From: Candidatus Micrarchaeota archaeon
Lineage (GTDB): Archaea > Micrarchaeota > Micrarchaeia > Micrarchaeales > CABMGC01
Assembly (NCBI GenBank): GCA_028866835.1
Contig: JAGWHJ010000001.1
Coordinates: forward strand, 4,636-68,635
DNA length: 64,000 nt
Direction: 5' to 3'
Under the pieces are notes generated by a model, which did no database searches, was not told the origin of the DNA, and was given only the letters and a program-made list of their open reading frames with translations. A program made the translations under genes and the position numbers. Positions within the stretch are counted from its first letter, which is position 1. Every line of letters starts with the position of its first letter. Of the stretch, positions 16,666-26,016 are shown piece by piece.

Positions 16666-17874
16666 TTACCTCAATGCGGTAGACAGGATATCTGCCTCTA
16701 TCTTCTGTTCCTTCCCGCTTTCACCGCATCCGATCCTTACCGAAAACGGCTCTATTGCCTCACGAGGTATGCTCCTGAAGGCGTTAAGGCCTATGACCTT
16801 TGTATCGTAGCCGCCGTTTTCCAAAGGTGAGAGGAACCCGAATCCAACCCAGGGAGGGATATAATTATTGCTGCTTTTTCCATCTTTCAGTCTGTACTCT
16901 ACCCGACACATGCCTAACGAAGGGTCAGTTCCAGGAGGGTATGGGACAAACCCAGTTTTTATCGGGGCTATGACATTGCCAGAAAGGTCCATTGTCGAGC
17001 CGCCGAACAGTTTGAATTGGTATCGGGCAAGCGCAGTGCCGAGGTATTTGCAAACAAAGCCAATCTTCTCCTCGGTTGTAGCGTCCGGGTGCTCCGTCGA
17101 AACCCGGTCTATATAATGGTCTCTCATGGCCTGGGGCATAGTGCCCGTCCATCCGGCCTCTTGAAGCCTCTTGTATTCTTGGAGGGTATGCCACTTTGAG
17201 CTGTTGGGTGCCCTCGATGATGCAATCCAGTAATCGAAGATCAGTCCTGCATTTTCCGCGGCGCGCTCGATGAATGCGGCTGCCGTCACTCCCCTGCGTC
17301 CAAGTATCCTCGACTCGTCGATAAAGCTTATGTGCCCGGAGATGCCCAACGCATCGCATATGCCGTCGAGAGACCTCGAATACAGCTCGGTGAGCATGCC
17401 CAGATTGGCGATTTTTCCGGCAAGTATTCTTTCGGTGATGTCCTCCCTTATCACGCCGATGCTTATTCCAGGGGCATATATGCCAGTGACTCTTTGGTGG
17501 AGCTCCTCGAACCGCCTCAGTCCAAGCAGGTCAGCGACGTCTGCAACCACCCTGTCTGGCACTTGGCCGTATCCTTTAGTTGCACTCCATAGCGTGGATA
17601 CCTGTATAGGTGCACCTACCTCTATCCATCTGGCGACGCGCTCACTCATCTGGTGCCTTTGTTCCTCTGTTGGACTGCACCCTATCCTTGTTTTCCTAGA
17701 TGCGAAAAGGACGTCAGAAACCTGCCTTGCGGCAGTCTCTATGCAGTCAGGCCGCGTGGGGCCGCACCTTTCGGGCTCCCGTATCCTTAAGCAGTCTTCA
17801 AGCGATCTTGCAATCGCTTCTTCTCTTGCGGAGGCCTTAGAAGCGGCACATGTAAGACTCACGTTCCTTATCAT
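16666..17874 (-). CDS. hypothetical enzyme with PvcA/Dit1 (isonitrile synthase family)-like motif pattern
   Basis: A 402-aa ORF, clearly the coding strand because the antisense ORF is Ser/Leu/Pro-rich. PIQVSTLWSATKG...PD...L.RF..L......IYAPGISIGVIRED has the spacing I recall for PvcA (PI.........KS...PD...L.FL......YAPGA.I.I.SDG). Unverified. Confidence 0.3.
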   Translation of the reverse strand: MIRNVSLTCAASKASAREEAIARSLEDCLRIREPERCGPTRPDCIETAARQVSDVLFASRKTRIGCSPTEEQRHQMSERVARWIEVGAPIQVSTLWSATKGYGQVPDRVVADVADLLGLRRFEELHQRVTGIYAPGISIGVIREDITERILAGKIANLGMLTELYSRSLDGICDALGISGHISFIDESRILGRRGVTAAAFIERAAENAGLIFDYWIASSRAPNSSKWHTLQEYKRLQEAGWTGTMPQAMRDHYIDRVSTEHPDATTEEKIGFVCKYLGTALARYQFKLFGGSTMDLSGNVIAPIKTGFVPYPPGTDPSLGMCRVEYRLKDGKSSNNYIPPWVGFGFLSPLENGGYDTKVIGLNAFRSIPREAIEPFSVRIGCGESGKEQKIEADILSTALR

Positions 17875-17975
17875 GCAGTTTTTGGTAATTTTCTTGATAT
17901 AAATAGATTCGCATGAGAGCGCGCTTCAGGAGAATTAGCTTTAAAAATACCTGGCGCAGTCCCTAACCGGAGGCA

Positions 17976-18500
17976 TTATGAGTATTTCCTTGCGCTTACC
18001 TGCGTTGAGAAGTTGCCAACGTATGTCTGCATCTGGGGCGGCTGGCAACTGTTCTTGTTGTTGCTCGGGCATGCTGTTACGTTGACGTAGAGGATGCCGC
18101 TTATCACCGTGCCCGTCTTTATCTGCGTGTTGAATATGACATTGCACGTTATGCCGTTGCCTTCGGCGGCAGCGGCGGGCCTGCATCCTCCGCTGTAGTT
18201 TCCGTAATTCATGATGGACACGTTTATGTTGGGGTTCAGGACAAGGTAGGATTGAGAGTTGTTGAGCTTGACGCTTACGTTAGTAAACATCGCGTTCGAG
18301 TATGCGAAGGCGCCATTGCACGTTACCCCGTAGGCGAACTGGCACTGTCTCGAAGCGAAAGAGCTCTGAGCAGTGATGTACTGGAACATGAATGCGACCA
18401 TTATGCCGACGATTATCAGGGCCCATCCGTATGTTACAAGGAACTCCATGGCCGACTGGGCCTTGGGCCCGTCATGCAATGCAAAAACGCGATGCCTCAC
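17976..18500 (-). CDS. class III signal peptide (archaeal type IV pilin-like) protein
   Basis: GPKAQSAMEFLVTYGWALIIVGIMVAFMF has the same KAQS-x-x-E(F/Y)L motif as the 3593..4114 protein. GTG start at 18500, with an alternative TTG at 18479. Confidence 0.65.
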   Translation of the reverse strand: MRHRVFALHDGPKAQSAMEFLVTYGWALIIVGIMVAFMFQYITAQSSFASRQCQFAYGVTCNGAFAYSNAMFTNVSVKLNNSQSYLVLNPNINVSIMNYGNYSGGCRPAAAAEGNGITCNVIFNTQIKTGTVISGILYVNVTACPSNNKNSCQPPQMQTYVGNFSTQVSARKYS

Positions 18501-18585
18501 TCATACCACGTAGTTATAACTCCGCCCAGCTTTTATATCTTTTCGTGCGAGGGAGGATTTGGTTCCAACAAAGCCAGAGACGGGA

Positions 18586-19221
18586 TCAGAAGTGCAGGGC
18601 GTACGTGTTCTTGTACACGCGCTTGCCGTTCTTGACGCCCATCAACGTGAATGACGTGACTGGATGCATCTTCGCGTGCACCATGAACTCTGATGCGACC
18701 TTCTTGCTGCTTATCTGTATGTTCACGCCGTTGCTGACAGGATCCACCCTTGCTATGAACTCGCCGTTCCTCTCCACGTATCTCCTTATCCTCTCAAGGG
18801 TGCGCTCTACGCTTCCGGTGTTGCCCCGCAGCTGGATCACGGCCTCGTGGTAGTTGCTCGCCTTCTTGAAGTCCCTGTCGCAGAGTATCTTCTTGTACGC
18901 CAGCAGAAGCTCGTGGTCTATAGCTAGAATGCCCTTCTCGCTCTCCTCCGCAACCTCCACTATGGCCCTCTCCTCGTCGTATTTGAGCAGGTGTACAGTA
19001 TATTTGCTTAGTTTGCGCACGATTATCGCTTCAAGGGCCCTGCCCTCGAAATCCGAATAGGAATCGCGCATCTTTATCCTGCCGCACCTCTTGCAGCGCT
19101 CTATCTCTATAGTCGTTGGCAGTCTGCTCCTGAGCTCCTTGCCTGCGCAGTCGTAGCAGAAATCGCCGTAGAACTTGATCTCATTGCTTGACTTGCTGCA
19201 CGTCGGGCAGTGCTTCGGCAT
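18586..19221 (-). CDS. NMD3 family protein (60S maturation/export adaptor homolog)
   Basis: N-terminal Cys clusters CPTC...FCYDC...CKRCGR are arranged as in NMD3. It is shorter than typical family members. Confidence 0.55.
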   Translation of the reverse strand: MPKHCPTCSKSSNEIKFYGDFCYDCAGKELRSRLPTTIEIERCKRCGRIKMRDSYSDFEGRALEAIIVRKLSKYTVHLLKYDEERAIVEVAEESEKGILAIDHELLLAYKKILCDRDFKKASNYHEAVIQLRGNTGSVERTLERIRRYVERNGEFIARVDPVSNGVNIQISSKKVASEFMVHAKMHPVTSFTLMGVKNGKRVYKNTYALHF

Positions 19222-19225
19222 CGAA

Positions 19226-20818
19226 TCACTTCGCGTAGTGCCTGCTCAGGATCGCACCGTAGGAAGGCCTTGTCACGAACGCACCGAGAAGCGCGCCTAT
19301 TATGGTTGATTCAGAGAAGCCTATCACGCTTACCAGGGAGGTCGAGAAGAAGAGAGGCAGCATCGCAACTACCAGGAGCGCGGCGTCGGCCCAAACGATG
19401 TAGAACGCGTTACCGAGCTTGATCTTCATTGCGGTGTTGTCATTATGCTGGTAGAGCAGTTCATCTGATATTATTATCTGCGCGTCGACGCCCGTTCCTA
19501 TGACAGCTATTATTCCCGCTATAGCAGCGAGGTCTATGGTTCCTATGAGGCCGACTATGGAGAGTATTATGAACATCTCGCCCAGCGTCGTGAGCAGTAT
19601 TGGCGCTATGAGGAACAGCTTCCTGTACCTTATGACTATAACAGATGCAACTGCGATTACCGCAAGCAGCAGCGCAATTATGCTTATCCTCTCGAAGCTT
19701 GCGCCGAGAGTCGGCTGTACAACGGTGGGAACGCCGACTATCACCTGCACAGGCAGGGAACCTCCGCTGAGTATTGTGGATATCTCCTTTGCCTGCTGCG
19801 TCGCGTACGCGGTCGCCTGGTCCAGGGTCATGTTCGGAGGAGCTGCGCCGTTTATCGTGTATCCCGATGAGATGGAGCCGTTTGTTACGCCGGGGTTAAG
19901 TATGGGCGCGGATACGAGGCCTATCGCAGGCCAGCTTGATACAACAAAGGAGGTGTTGCCCACCCCGGCACCTTGTATTGGGCTGATGATTGGAGTCATG
20001 TTCGCGCGGCTCTGGTACACCAACGTGTAGTTGAGGCCGCTGAGATTTTCTGTTATGCTTGACGGCGTGTTGTTCTGGAGGAGAACCTTTGAATACCTGC
20101 CCCTGCTGCTGGCGAAGAACTTGTACAGTGTGTTCCAGTTGCTCGCAGCGGGGTTCAGCAGCTCCACCGGAATCGTCTTGTTGCCGAGGCGCGTCGCATT
20201 GTTTATCGCGCCAAGAGTTGCGGAGTTGGCTGAAATGAACTGGTTATTGTTAAGGAGGGACGTGTTCAGAAGGACGATGGTGCCTGTCGGCCTGTCCAGG
20301 AAGAAGTACAATGGCTTGTTTCCCTGGCCGAACGCGACCTTTGAGAAGTACACGGCCGCCTGCGGGTTTACATAGAAATTGACGGCCCACGTCACGCTGC
20401 GGTTTGTCTGTATCGGCTGCTGCGCCCCGATGCTTCCCGGAAGTATCGATGACCCATTGACGGCTACCCTGCCGTTAACGATTCCCTGGAATATGCCCTG
20501 GCTCTGGATTATGTTTATAGTGTTCTGGATCTCCTGCTGCGACACCGTTGCGATCTGGACGTCTACCTCTGAGGTGCCGATGGCCTCTATGGTTATCTGC
20601 TTGAGGCCGAATGTGGACAGCCTGCTCTGCAGCGTGTTGATTAGGTCGTTGAGCTGGTTGGGGTTTATCTGACCTGCAAGCGTGAGGGGTATGTTTGTTC
20701 CTCCGACGAACTCCACACCGAGGTGCAGCCCGTAAGTCGCGTCGAGTATGGAGAGCATTACGACTAGCACTATCAGGACGATTATGCTCGGATTCCTAAA
20801 GTAGTCCAGTCTTGTCAT
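19226..20818 (-). CDS. secD: protein-export membrane protein SecD
   Basis: N-terminal TM, a large sequon-rich extracytoplasmic domain, and a C-terminal six-TM RND-like block IRYRKLFLIAPILLTTLGEMFIIL...GTGVDAQIIISDE. The start is taken at the ATG coupled (ATGA) to the secF stop; the track ORF extends to 20872. Confidence 0.85.
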   Translation of the reverse strand: MTRLDYFRNPSIIVLIVLVVMLSILDATYGLHLGVEFVGGTNIPLTLAGQINPNQLNDLINTLQSRLSTFGLKQITIEAIGTSEVDVQIATVSQQEIQNTINIIQSQGIFQGIVNGRVAVNGSSILPGSIGAQQPIQTNRSVTWAVNFYVNPQAAVYFSKVAFGQGNKPLYFFLDRPTGTIVLLNTSLLNNNQFISANSATLGAINNATRLGNKTIPVELLNPAASNWNTLYKFFASSRGRYSKVLLQNNTPSSITENLSGLNYTLVYQSRANMTPIISPIQGAGVGNTSFVVSSWPAIGLVSAPILNPGVTNGSISSGYTINGAAPPNMTLDQATAYATQQAKEISTILSGGSLPVQVIVGVPTVVQPTLGASFERISIIALLLAVIAVASVIVIRYRKLFLIAPILLTTLGEMFIILSIVGLIGTIDLAAIAGIIAVIGTGVDAQIIISDELLYQHNDNTAMKIKLGNAFYIVWADAALLVVAMLPLFFSTSLVSVIGFSESTIIGALLGAFVTRPSYGAILSRHYAK

Positions 20819-21966
20819 TTTCTCTCCTTCCTCTTCATGTACAGAAGTATCATCGATGCGTTTCCGAACCATGTGGTGAACACGTCGCCTATGAGGCCGA
20901 ACAGCACAACTCCAGATATCTCGTAGTAGGTCGGCACGTAGGCCACCAGGGACACTATGAAGAGCACCGCGAATGAGACGATCGCTGTCATCGTCATTGT
21001 AAGGCCGGTCTTCATGGACGAATATGCGCGTTCCTCGGGGGTTCCCTCGTGCCTCTTTATTATCCTTATGGCGGTCAGCACATCCGTGTCAATGGAGTAT
21101 CCGAGGAGCATGAGCAGGCCGCCGATGCTCGCGATGCCGAGCGGTATCTTGAACAGGGCCATCGCCCCTAGTGCTACTATTATGTCGTTGCCTGCGCCGA
21201 AGATGACTGCAAGGGAGGGCACAAGCGTCCTGAAGATTATGAACACCACAACAGAGATGAGTATGAAGGCGATTATGATTATGTACTCCAGCTGGCCAAG
21301 GAAGTAGGAGCTCTGCTGCACCGTCACTTCCTGATAGGAGTATGACGTGAACGGCACTATTGTGCGCAGCGCGTTGATCGTGTCATTCTTGTACTTGGCG
21401 GTGGCATTTGTGTACTCGTTATATGCAGAGGAAGACATGCGGTTGGGAGTGCTTGTATTCCCTTCCGTTATGCCGAACGGCTTAAGTGCAGCGGTCTCGG
21501 CCGCAAGGCTTGCCGTCATTCCCGTTATGGACTGGTTCACGCCGTTTGATGCGTTTACAAGAAGCCCCTGGAGGACGGTGTTGCCAGGGTCTGTCGCTAG
21601 CGCGCCCCTTATTCCAGTCTCATTGAGGAAGTAAGCGTTGTAAGTGCTGTTGAAGGAGTAGAATTTTATCAGTTCGTCGTATGCCTGCGAGAGGCTCTTG
21701 TTCGATGCTATCGTTATCTGCAGGCCGGTAGGGCTTGACTGCACGGAGGAACTTTCAGCCGGGATCCTTGCTGCAAGCTGGCTGGCTATCTGGCTCGGAG
21801 ACATCGTCGTGTTGCTCTGGAGCACTATGCTGGCACCGCCGCTGAGCGAGAAGTCCAGCGTCAGGTTTGTGCTTAGGTAGAGGCTTATGACCATGAGCAG
21901 TAGTGGCACTAGCATCAGGAATTTCAGCCTTCTAGATGTGTATATATTCGGTAGTTTCAAAGCCAT
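20815..21966 (-). CDS. secF: protein-export membrane protein SecF
   Basis: C-terminal block IFRTLVPSLAVIFGAGNDIIVALGAMALFKIPL...LGYSIDTDVLTAIRIIKR is typical of SecF. It lies immediately upstream of secD. Confidence 0.85.
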   Translation of the reverse strand: MALKLPNIYTSRRLKFLMLVPLLLMVISLYLSTNLTLDFSLSGGASIVLQSNTTMSPSQIASQLAARIPAESSSVQSSPTGLQITIASNKSLSQAYDELIKFYSFNSTYNAYFLNETGIRGALATDPGNTVLQGLLVNASNGVNQSITGMTASLAAETAALKPFGITEGNTSTPNRMSSSAYNEYTNATAKYKNDTINALRTIVPFTSYSYQEVTVQQSSYFLGQLEYIIIIAFILISVVVFIIFRTLVPSLAVIFGAGNDIIVALGAMALFKIPLGIASIGGLLMLLGYSIDTDVLTAIRIIKRHEGTPEERAYSSMKTGLTMTMTAIVSFAVLFIVSLVAYVPTYYEISGVVLFGLIGDVFTTWFGNASMILLYMKRKERK

Positions 21967-22002
21967 CTGACCAACCGTAGCTGATGAATGGAAGCTGCTG
22001 CT

Positions 22003-22308
22003 TCAGCCGTACTTCTTCATGAACTTGAGGTGCAGGGAAGTTACCATGCCGTATATTACCAGCATAACAGCAAGCAGCAGGCCTGCTATCCCAAGAAAGA
22101 CCGTGGGCGTGAGGTTTATGTCCCCGTAAGAGAGCAGTATGATGCTTATCACCGTTATGTATATGGCCCAGTATGATGTCTGGAAGAGCATCCATCCGTG
22201 ATGCCTCTCCCTGTAATGGAGCATGCGCTCCATGTACATTTTTGGGTCCAATACCATTACGTTGTCATCCTTTGATTTAGGCATTAAAACACTGATTTGA
22301 TATTTCAT
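22003..22308 (-). CDS. small membrane protein (2 TM), hypothetical
   Basis: ORF with two hydrophobic helices, 36 nt upstream of secF on the same strand. Confidence 0.45.
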   Translation of the reverse strand: MKYQISVLMPKSKDDNVMVLDPKMYMERMLHYRERHHGWMLFQTSYWAIYITVISIILLSYGDINLTPTVFLGIAGLLLAVMLVIYGMVTSLHLKFMKKYG

Positions 22309-22405
22309 TAAGTTACTTTATAATCCTTTCCTTATCCCCGTTCCTGAAGGAGTGCCGCAGACGTAAAACGCAAAAGCACATTTATATATCAGGCAAGTCC
22401 CCACT

Positions 22406-22870
22406 TTGATCGGTTATATGGAATTTAGACAGCATGCAAGAAGGAGGATTGTCAATGCGAGCATGGTCGTGGCTGGAGAAGCTGCATTGCAGTACCTCAA
22501 GATACGTGAAGACGACATTAACCAAAAAGGCGTGGCACTTAAAAGGGGGGTGTTAGTTGCCGTAGCTGCGATTGATTTATTGAAACAGATAGGTTACAAT
22601 CGACTTAGGGAGGGTTTGGATAATCCAAAGCAGCAGACTTATCTTGACTTGGGGAAAGATGCGGTCGAGATCGGAGATGGAATAGCGGTTACAATGAGAG
22701 GCATTACGAAGGGATCGAAACTGCAAACGGGAATTGGGGTTCAGAGGGTTGTAGCTGGCAATTTAAATGCATATATGAATCTAAGGCGGCTTGGGGGCAT
22801 AAGGCTTGGTGAGGAATTAGAAGAGATGCTAAGAGATAGAGTTCACAAACATGGTGGAATACGGCTCTGA
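22406..22870 (+). CDS. hypothetical protein (154 aa)
   Basis: ORF only, in AT-richer sequence next to tRNA-Leu. Confidence 0.4.
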   Translation: MIGYMEFRQHARRRIVNASMVVAGEAALQYLKIREDDINQKGVALKRGVLVAVAAIDLLKQIGYNRLREGLDNPKQQTYLDLGKDAVEIGDGIAVTMRGITKGSKLQTGIGVQRVVAGNLNAYMNLRRLGGIRLGEELEEMLRDRVHKHGGIRL

Positions 22871-22874
22871 GAAT

Positions 22875-22889
22875 CTTTTTCTGAAAAAG
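22875..22889. terminator. short palindrome CTTTTT-ctg-AAAAAG giving T-runs on both strands
   Basis: It sits between the convergent 3' ends of CDS 22406..22870 and tRNA-Leu. Archaeal termination uses oligo-T. Confidence 0.4.
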
Positions 22890-22903
22890 CCAAATAAGCA
22901 GAT

Positions 22904-22993
22904 TGGTGCAGGGGGAGAGATTTGAACTCTCGCATCCACTAAAGGAAGCGGGCCCTGAACCCGTCGCGTTTGACCAAGCTCCGCCACCCCTGC
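22904..22993 (-). tRNA. tRNA-Leu (anticodon CAG), long variable arm, CCA encoded
   Basis: Reverse complement folds as GCAGGGG-TG-GCG/GAGCTTGGTCAAA/CGC-G-ACGGG/TTCAGGG/CCCGC, then a variable arm, then GAGAG/TTCAAAT/CTCTC-CCCCTGC-A-CCA. Confidence 0.85.
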
Positions 22994-23054
22994 GCGTTGC
23001 AGTGTAATACTTAATAATGTAGATATAAATAGATGAGTTGTAGCTGGTGTTTCG

Positions 23055-24224
23055 ATGCTCATAGGCATAGTCGGCGCTCCGAACAAGGGCAAATCAACGA
23101 TATTCTCAGCGCTAACCCTTGTAGAAGCTGAGATAGCGGACTATCCTTTCACAACTATAGATCCGAACATAGGCGTGGCTTACGCAACAAGGCCATGCGT
23201 TGACAGGGAACTTGGTGTAAAATGCAAGCCGAGGAACTCGCTATGCGTGAATGGAATTAGACACATTCCAATAAACGTCATAGACGTTGCAGGCCTCGTG
23301 CCAGGCGCACACCTTGGCAAGGGCAGGGGGAACCAATTCCTCAACGACCTCATGAATGCGGACGCCATAGTGCAAGTGGTGGACATAAGCGGCAAAACGG
23401 ATATCTCCGGCAGCAGGGCGTCTTACAGCGACCCTTACGAGGAGGTGAGGATGGTGCGCGATGAGATGTCAAGATGGCTTGGCGGCATAATACTGAAGCA
23501 TTCAGGTACACTTGCAAGGAGGCCCGATGGGGACAAGGCGCTTGAGGAGTTCCTCTCGGGATTCAAGGTTACTCTTGACCACATACAGAAAGCCGCTTCT
23601 GAGAGATCCCTGGTGCTTTCGAACATAAAGTGGGGGGAGAAGGAGGCGAACAAATTCGCGGAATCGCTTCTTAGGATAAGCAAGCCGATGATCATTGCTG
23701 CTAACAAGCTCGACCAGGCAAAACCCGAGGATGTCGATAAACTAAGGAAAAGGCTTGATGGGATCATTGTCATAGGCTGCTCCGGGGCGATAGAGCTCAC
23801 GTTAAGGAAGGCGGCTAAGTCAGGAGCAATAAGCTACGTTCCAGGATCGGCAGAATTCGTGACTGGCGAGGGCATAAGCCAAGAGCAGAGCAGGGCCCTG
23901 TCGTATGTCTCGGGATACATCAAGGCGCACGGAGGCACGGGGATACAGGAGCTGCTCAACACTGCCGTGTTCTCGGTGCTCATGAACATAGTCGTATATC
24001 CTGTCGAGGACGAGAACAAGTACTCGGACCATTTCGGCAACATACTCCCCGACGCCGTACTGATGCAGGACGGCTCGACAGCGCAAGATCTTGCCGCGCG
24101 CATACACACGGACATTGCGAAGGGGATGAAGTATGCGATAGACGCCAGGACGAAGCTCAGGCTGCAGAAGACCTACCAGCTGAAGGACAACGACGTGATA
24201 AAGATAGTTACCACTGCAAAATGA
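23055..24224 (+). CDS. Obg/OLA1-like translation-associated GTPase (YGR210-like) with C-terminal TGS domain
   Basis: P-loop GAPNKGKST, then YPFTTIDPNIG, DVAGLVPGA and NKLD. The C-terminus LKDNDVIKIV is TGS-like. Confidence 0.85.
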   Translation: MLIGIVGAPNKGKSTIFSALTLVEAEIADYPFTTIDPNIGVAYATRPCVDRELGVKCKPRNSLCVNGIRHIPINVIDVAGLVPGAHLGKGRGNQFLNDLMNADAIVQVVDISGKTDISGSRASYSDPYEEVRMVRDEMSRWLGGIILKHSGTLARRPDGDKALEEFLSGFKVTLDHIQKAASERSLVLSNIKWGEKEANKFAESLLRISKPMIIAANKLDQAKPEDVDKLRKRLDGIIVIGCSGAIELTLRKAAKSGAISYVPGSAEFVTGEGISQEQSRALSYVSGYIKAHGGTGIQELLNTAVFSVLMNIVVYPVEDENKYSDHFGNILPDAVLMQDGSTAQDLAARIHTDIAKGMKYAIDARTKLRLQKTYQLKDNDVIKIVTTAK

Positions 24225-24227
24225 GTG

Positions 24228-24737
24228 TCACTGGTTCATCTTCCTTGCATTGGACAGCATCGCAAAGACCACAGAGACGAACAGGACGATTATCACAGGC
24301 GCGAATATCCATCCCGCTATTATCGTGCCCAGGGACAGTACCGTGGATGGGAAGGAGTAGTTCACCACCTCGTAGACGACTATTATGGCAACGAAGTATA
24401 TCGCTGCGGCGTAGGCGCTGTGGAGTATGCTGCTCCTGACCGCTATCCTCATGTTCTTCGCACGCACGCCGACCTCTGCGCCTATTATGGCGCCAGCTAT
24501 AAGAGGCAGTACGATGAAGCCGGGTGTCGAAAGCACGAACTTCGAATAAGCGCTTAGAAGGTAATAAAGGGGAGGGACCTGCTGGAGGGAATTCTGGTTC
24601 ACGAGAACTATTTTCACGACAAGGCCAAGGAACAGAAGCAGAAGCCAGAAGAACATGGGCTCGTACAGGCTTACCGCGCCGAGGTCTTCGGCCTCCTTTT
24701 TCTCGGCCTTTTCTTTTTCCGGCTTATCCCTTTCCAT
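24228..24737 (-). CDS. membrane protein, hypothetical
   Basis: Charged N-terminus followed by about 4 hydrophobic helices. Confidence 0.5.
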   Translation of the reverse strand: MERDKPEKEKAEKKEAEDLGAVSLYEPMFFWLLLLFLGLVVKIVLVNQNSLQQVPPLYYLLSAYSKFVLSTPGFIVLPLIAGAIIGAEVGVRAKNMRIAVRSSILHSAYAAAIYFVAIIVVYEVVNYSFPSTVLSLGTIIAGWIFAPVIIVLFVSVVFAMLSNARKMNQ

Positions 24738-24789
24738 ACCTTTCTTTATGTAACGTATCTTTAAATACTTTGATGGGCATGTATCGGAA

Positions 24790-26016
24790 ATGTCTGATTC
24801 TATGCAAAAGGATTACGATGACATAGCGGCCATGATAGAATCCTCGAGGGGGGAGATGGTAAAGACGCTGTCGGATATGATAGCGATACCTGCCATTTCA
24901 CCCAAGAGCGGAGGCGCCGGCGAAGGGAAGAGGGCCGACTTCCTGAGCGCACTGCTAAAGAACTGGGGCTTTGACGCAAAGAGATACGAGTACACGGATG
25001 ATTCCGGGGTTAAAAGGCCGAGCCTGGTGCTCAGCTGCGGAAGCGAGGAGCGCACAGTATGGATCATAGGGCACATGGATACCGTTGCAGTTGGCGATCC
25101 GGGCCTGTGGAAAACGGATCCGTTCAAGGCGCACGTCGAGGACGGCAAGGTGTACGGGAGGGGCGCCACCGATGACGGCCACGGGATCTTGTGCAGCCTT
25201 TACGCGCTTCATGCGCTGAAGAGCTCTGGCATCAAGCTCAGGTACAACTTCGGCCTGGTGCTCGCCGCCGATGAGGAGATAGGGAGCAGGTTCGGCATGG
25301 CAAAACTAATGTCCGAAGGCATATTCAAGAAGGATGACATGTTCGTGGTTCCTGACTTCTGGTCGAAGGACGGGGACGAGATAGAGATAGGCGAGAAGGG
25401 CCTGCTCTGGATCAGGATAACGGTAAAGGGCAAGCAGGTGCATGCGAGCACGCCGGAAGCCGGAAAGAACGCGTACAGATTTGCCGCCATGTTCGTCATG
25501 GAGGTGGACAAGCACCTGCATTCCAAGTACGATGCGAAAGACCCGCTCTTCGACCCGAGCTACTCGACATTCGAGATGACCAAGCACGAGAAGAACGTTG
25601 ACAGCGTGAACATAATACCTGGGGTGGACGTCTCCTACATAGACTGCAGGATACTTCCCAGATACAAAATTGACGAAATAATTGCCGATGTAAGGTCCAT
25701 AGCGAAGAGGGACGAATTTTCAGGCGTGCAGATAGAGGTGGAACAGTTTGCAAGGGAGGACCCGGCGATGGCGACCAGCGCGGATGCGGAGGTAGTGAGA
25801 CTGCTCGAGGATTCCATATTCAAGCTGAGGCACATGAGGCCAAAGAAGATAGGCATCGGCGGGAACACCGTCGCGCTCTTTCCAAGGAAGCTGGGCATGC
25901 AGGCGGTTGCGTGGTCCACAGGTGACGACATTGCGCACCAGCCCAACGAGTACGTAGTGATAGACAATCTTGTCGAGGATACAAAGGTGCTGGCGCACCT
26001 CTTCTTCAGCGACTGA
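24790..26016 (+). CDS. M20 family metallopeptidase (DapE/ArgE-like deacylase)
   Basis: GHMDTVAVGDPGLWKTDPF, GRGATDDGHG and ADEEIGS metal-ligand motifs. Confidence 0.85.
   Translation: MSDSMQKDYDDIAAMIESSRGEMVKTLSDMIAIPAISPKSGGAGEGKRADFLSALLKNWGFDAKRYEYTDDSGVKRPSLVLSCGSEERTVWIIGHMDTVAVGDPGLWKTDPFKAHVEDGKVYGRGATDDGHGILCSLYALHALKSSGIKLRYNFGLVLAADEEIGSRFGMAKLMSEGIFKKDDMFVVPDFWSKDGDEIEIGEKGLLWIRITVKGKQVHASTPEAGKNAYRFAAMFVMEVDKHLHSKYDAKDPLFDPSYSTFEMTKHEKNVDSVNIIPGVDVSYIDCRILPRYKIDEIIADVRSIAKRDEFSGVQIEVEQFAREDPAMATSADAEVVRLLEDSIFKLRHMRPKKIGIGGNTVALFPRKLGMQAVAWSTGDDIAHQPNEYVVIDNLVEDTKVLAHLFFSD

Noticed and set aside
17270-17902. 210-aa plus-strand ORF
   Set aside because: It is antisense to the longer 402-aa ORF 16666..17874 and has Ser/Leu/Pro-rich shadow composition.
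20815-20880. Possible secF-secD frame fusion or frameshift
   Set aside because: My manual reading near 20880 seemed to merge the two frames, but that disagrees with the computed ORF track by one base. I attribute it to my own counting error. The track shows a normal ATGA-type overlap.
22829-23092. 87-aa minus-strand ORF
   Set aside because: It covers the tRNA-Leu gene and the GTPase gene start, so it is an artefact.
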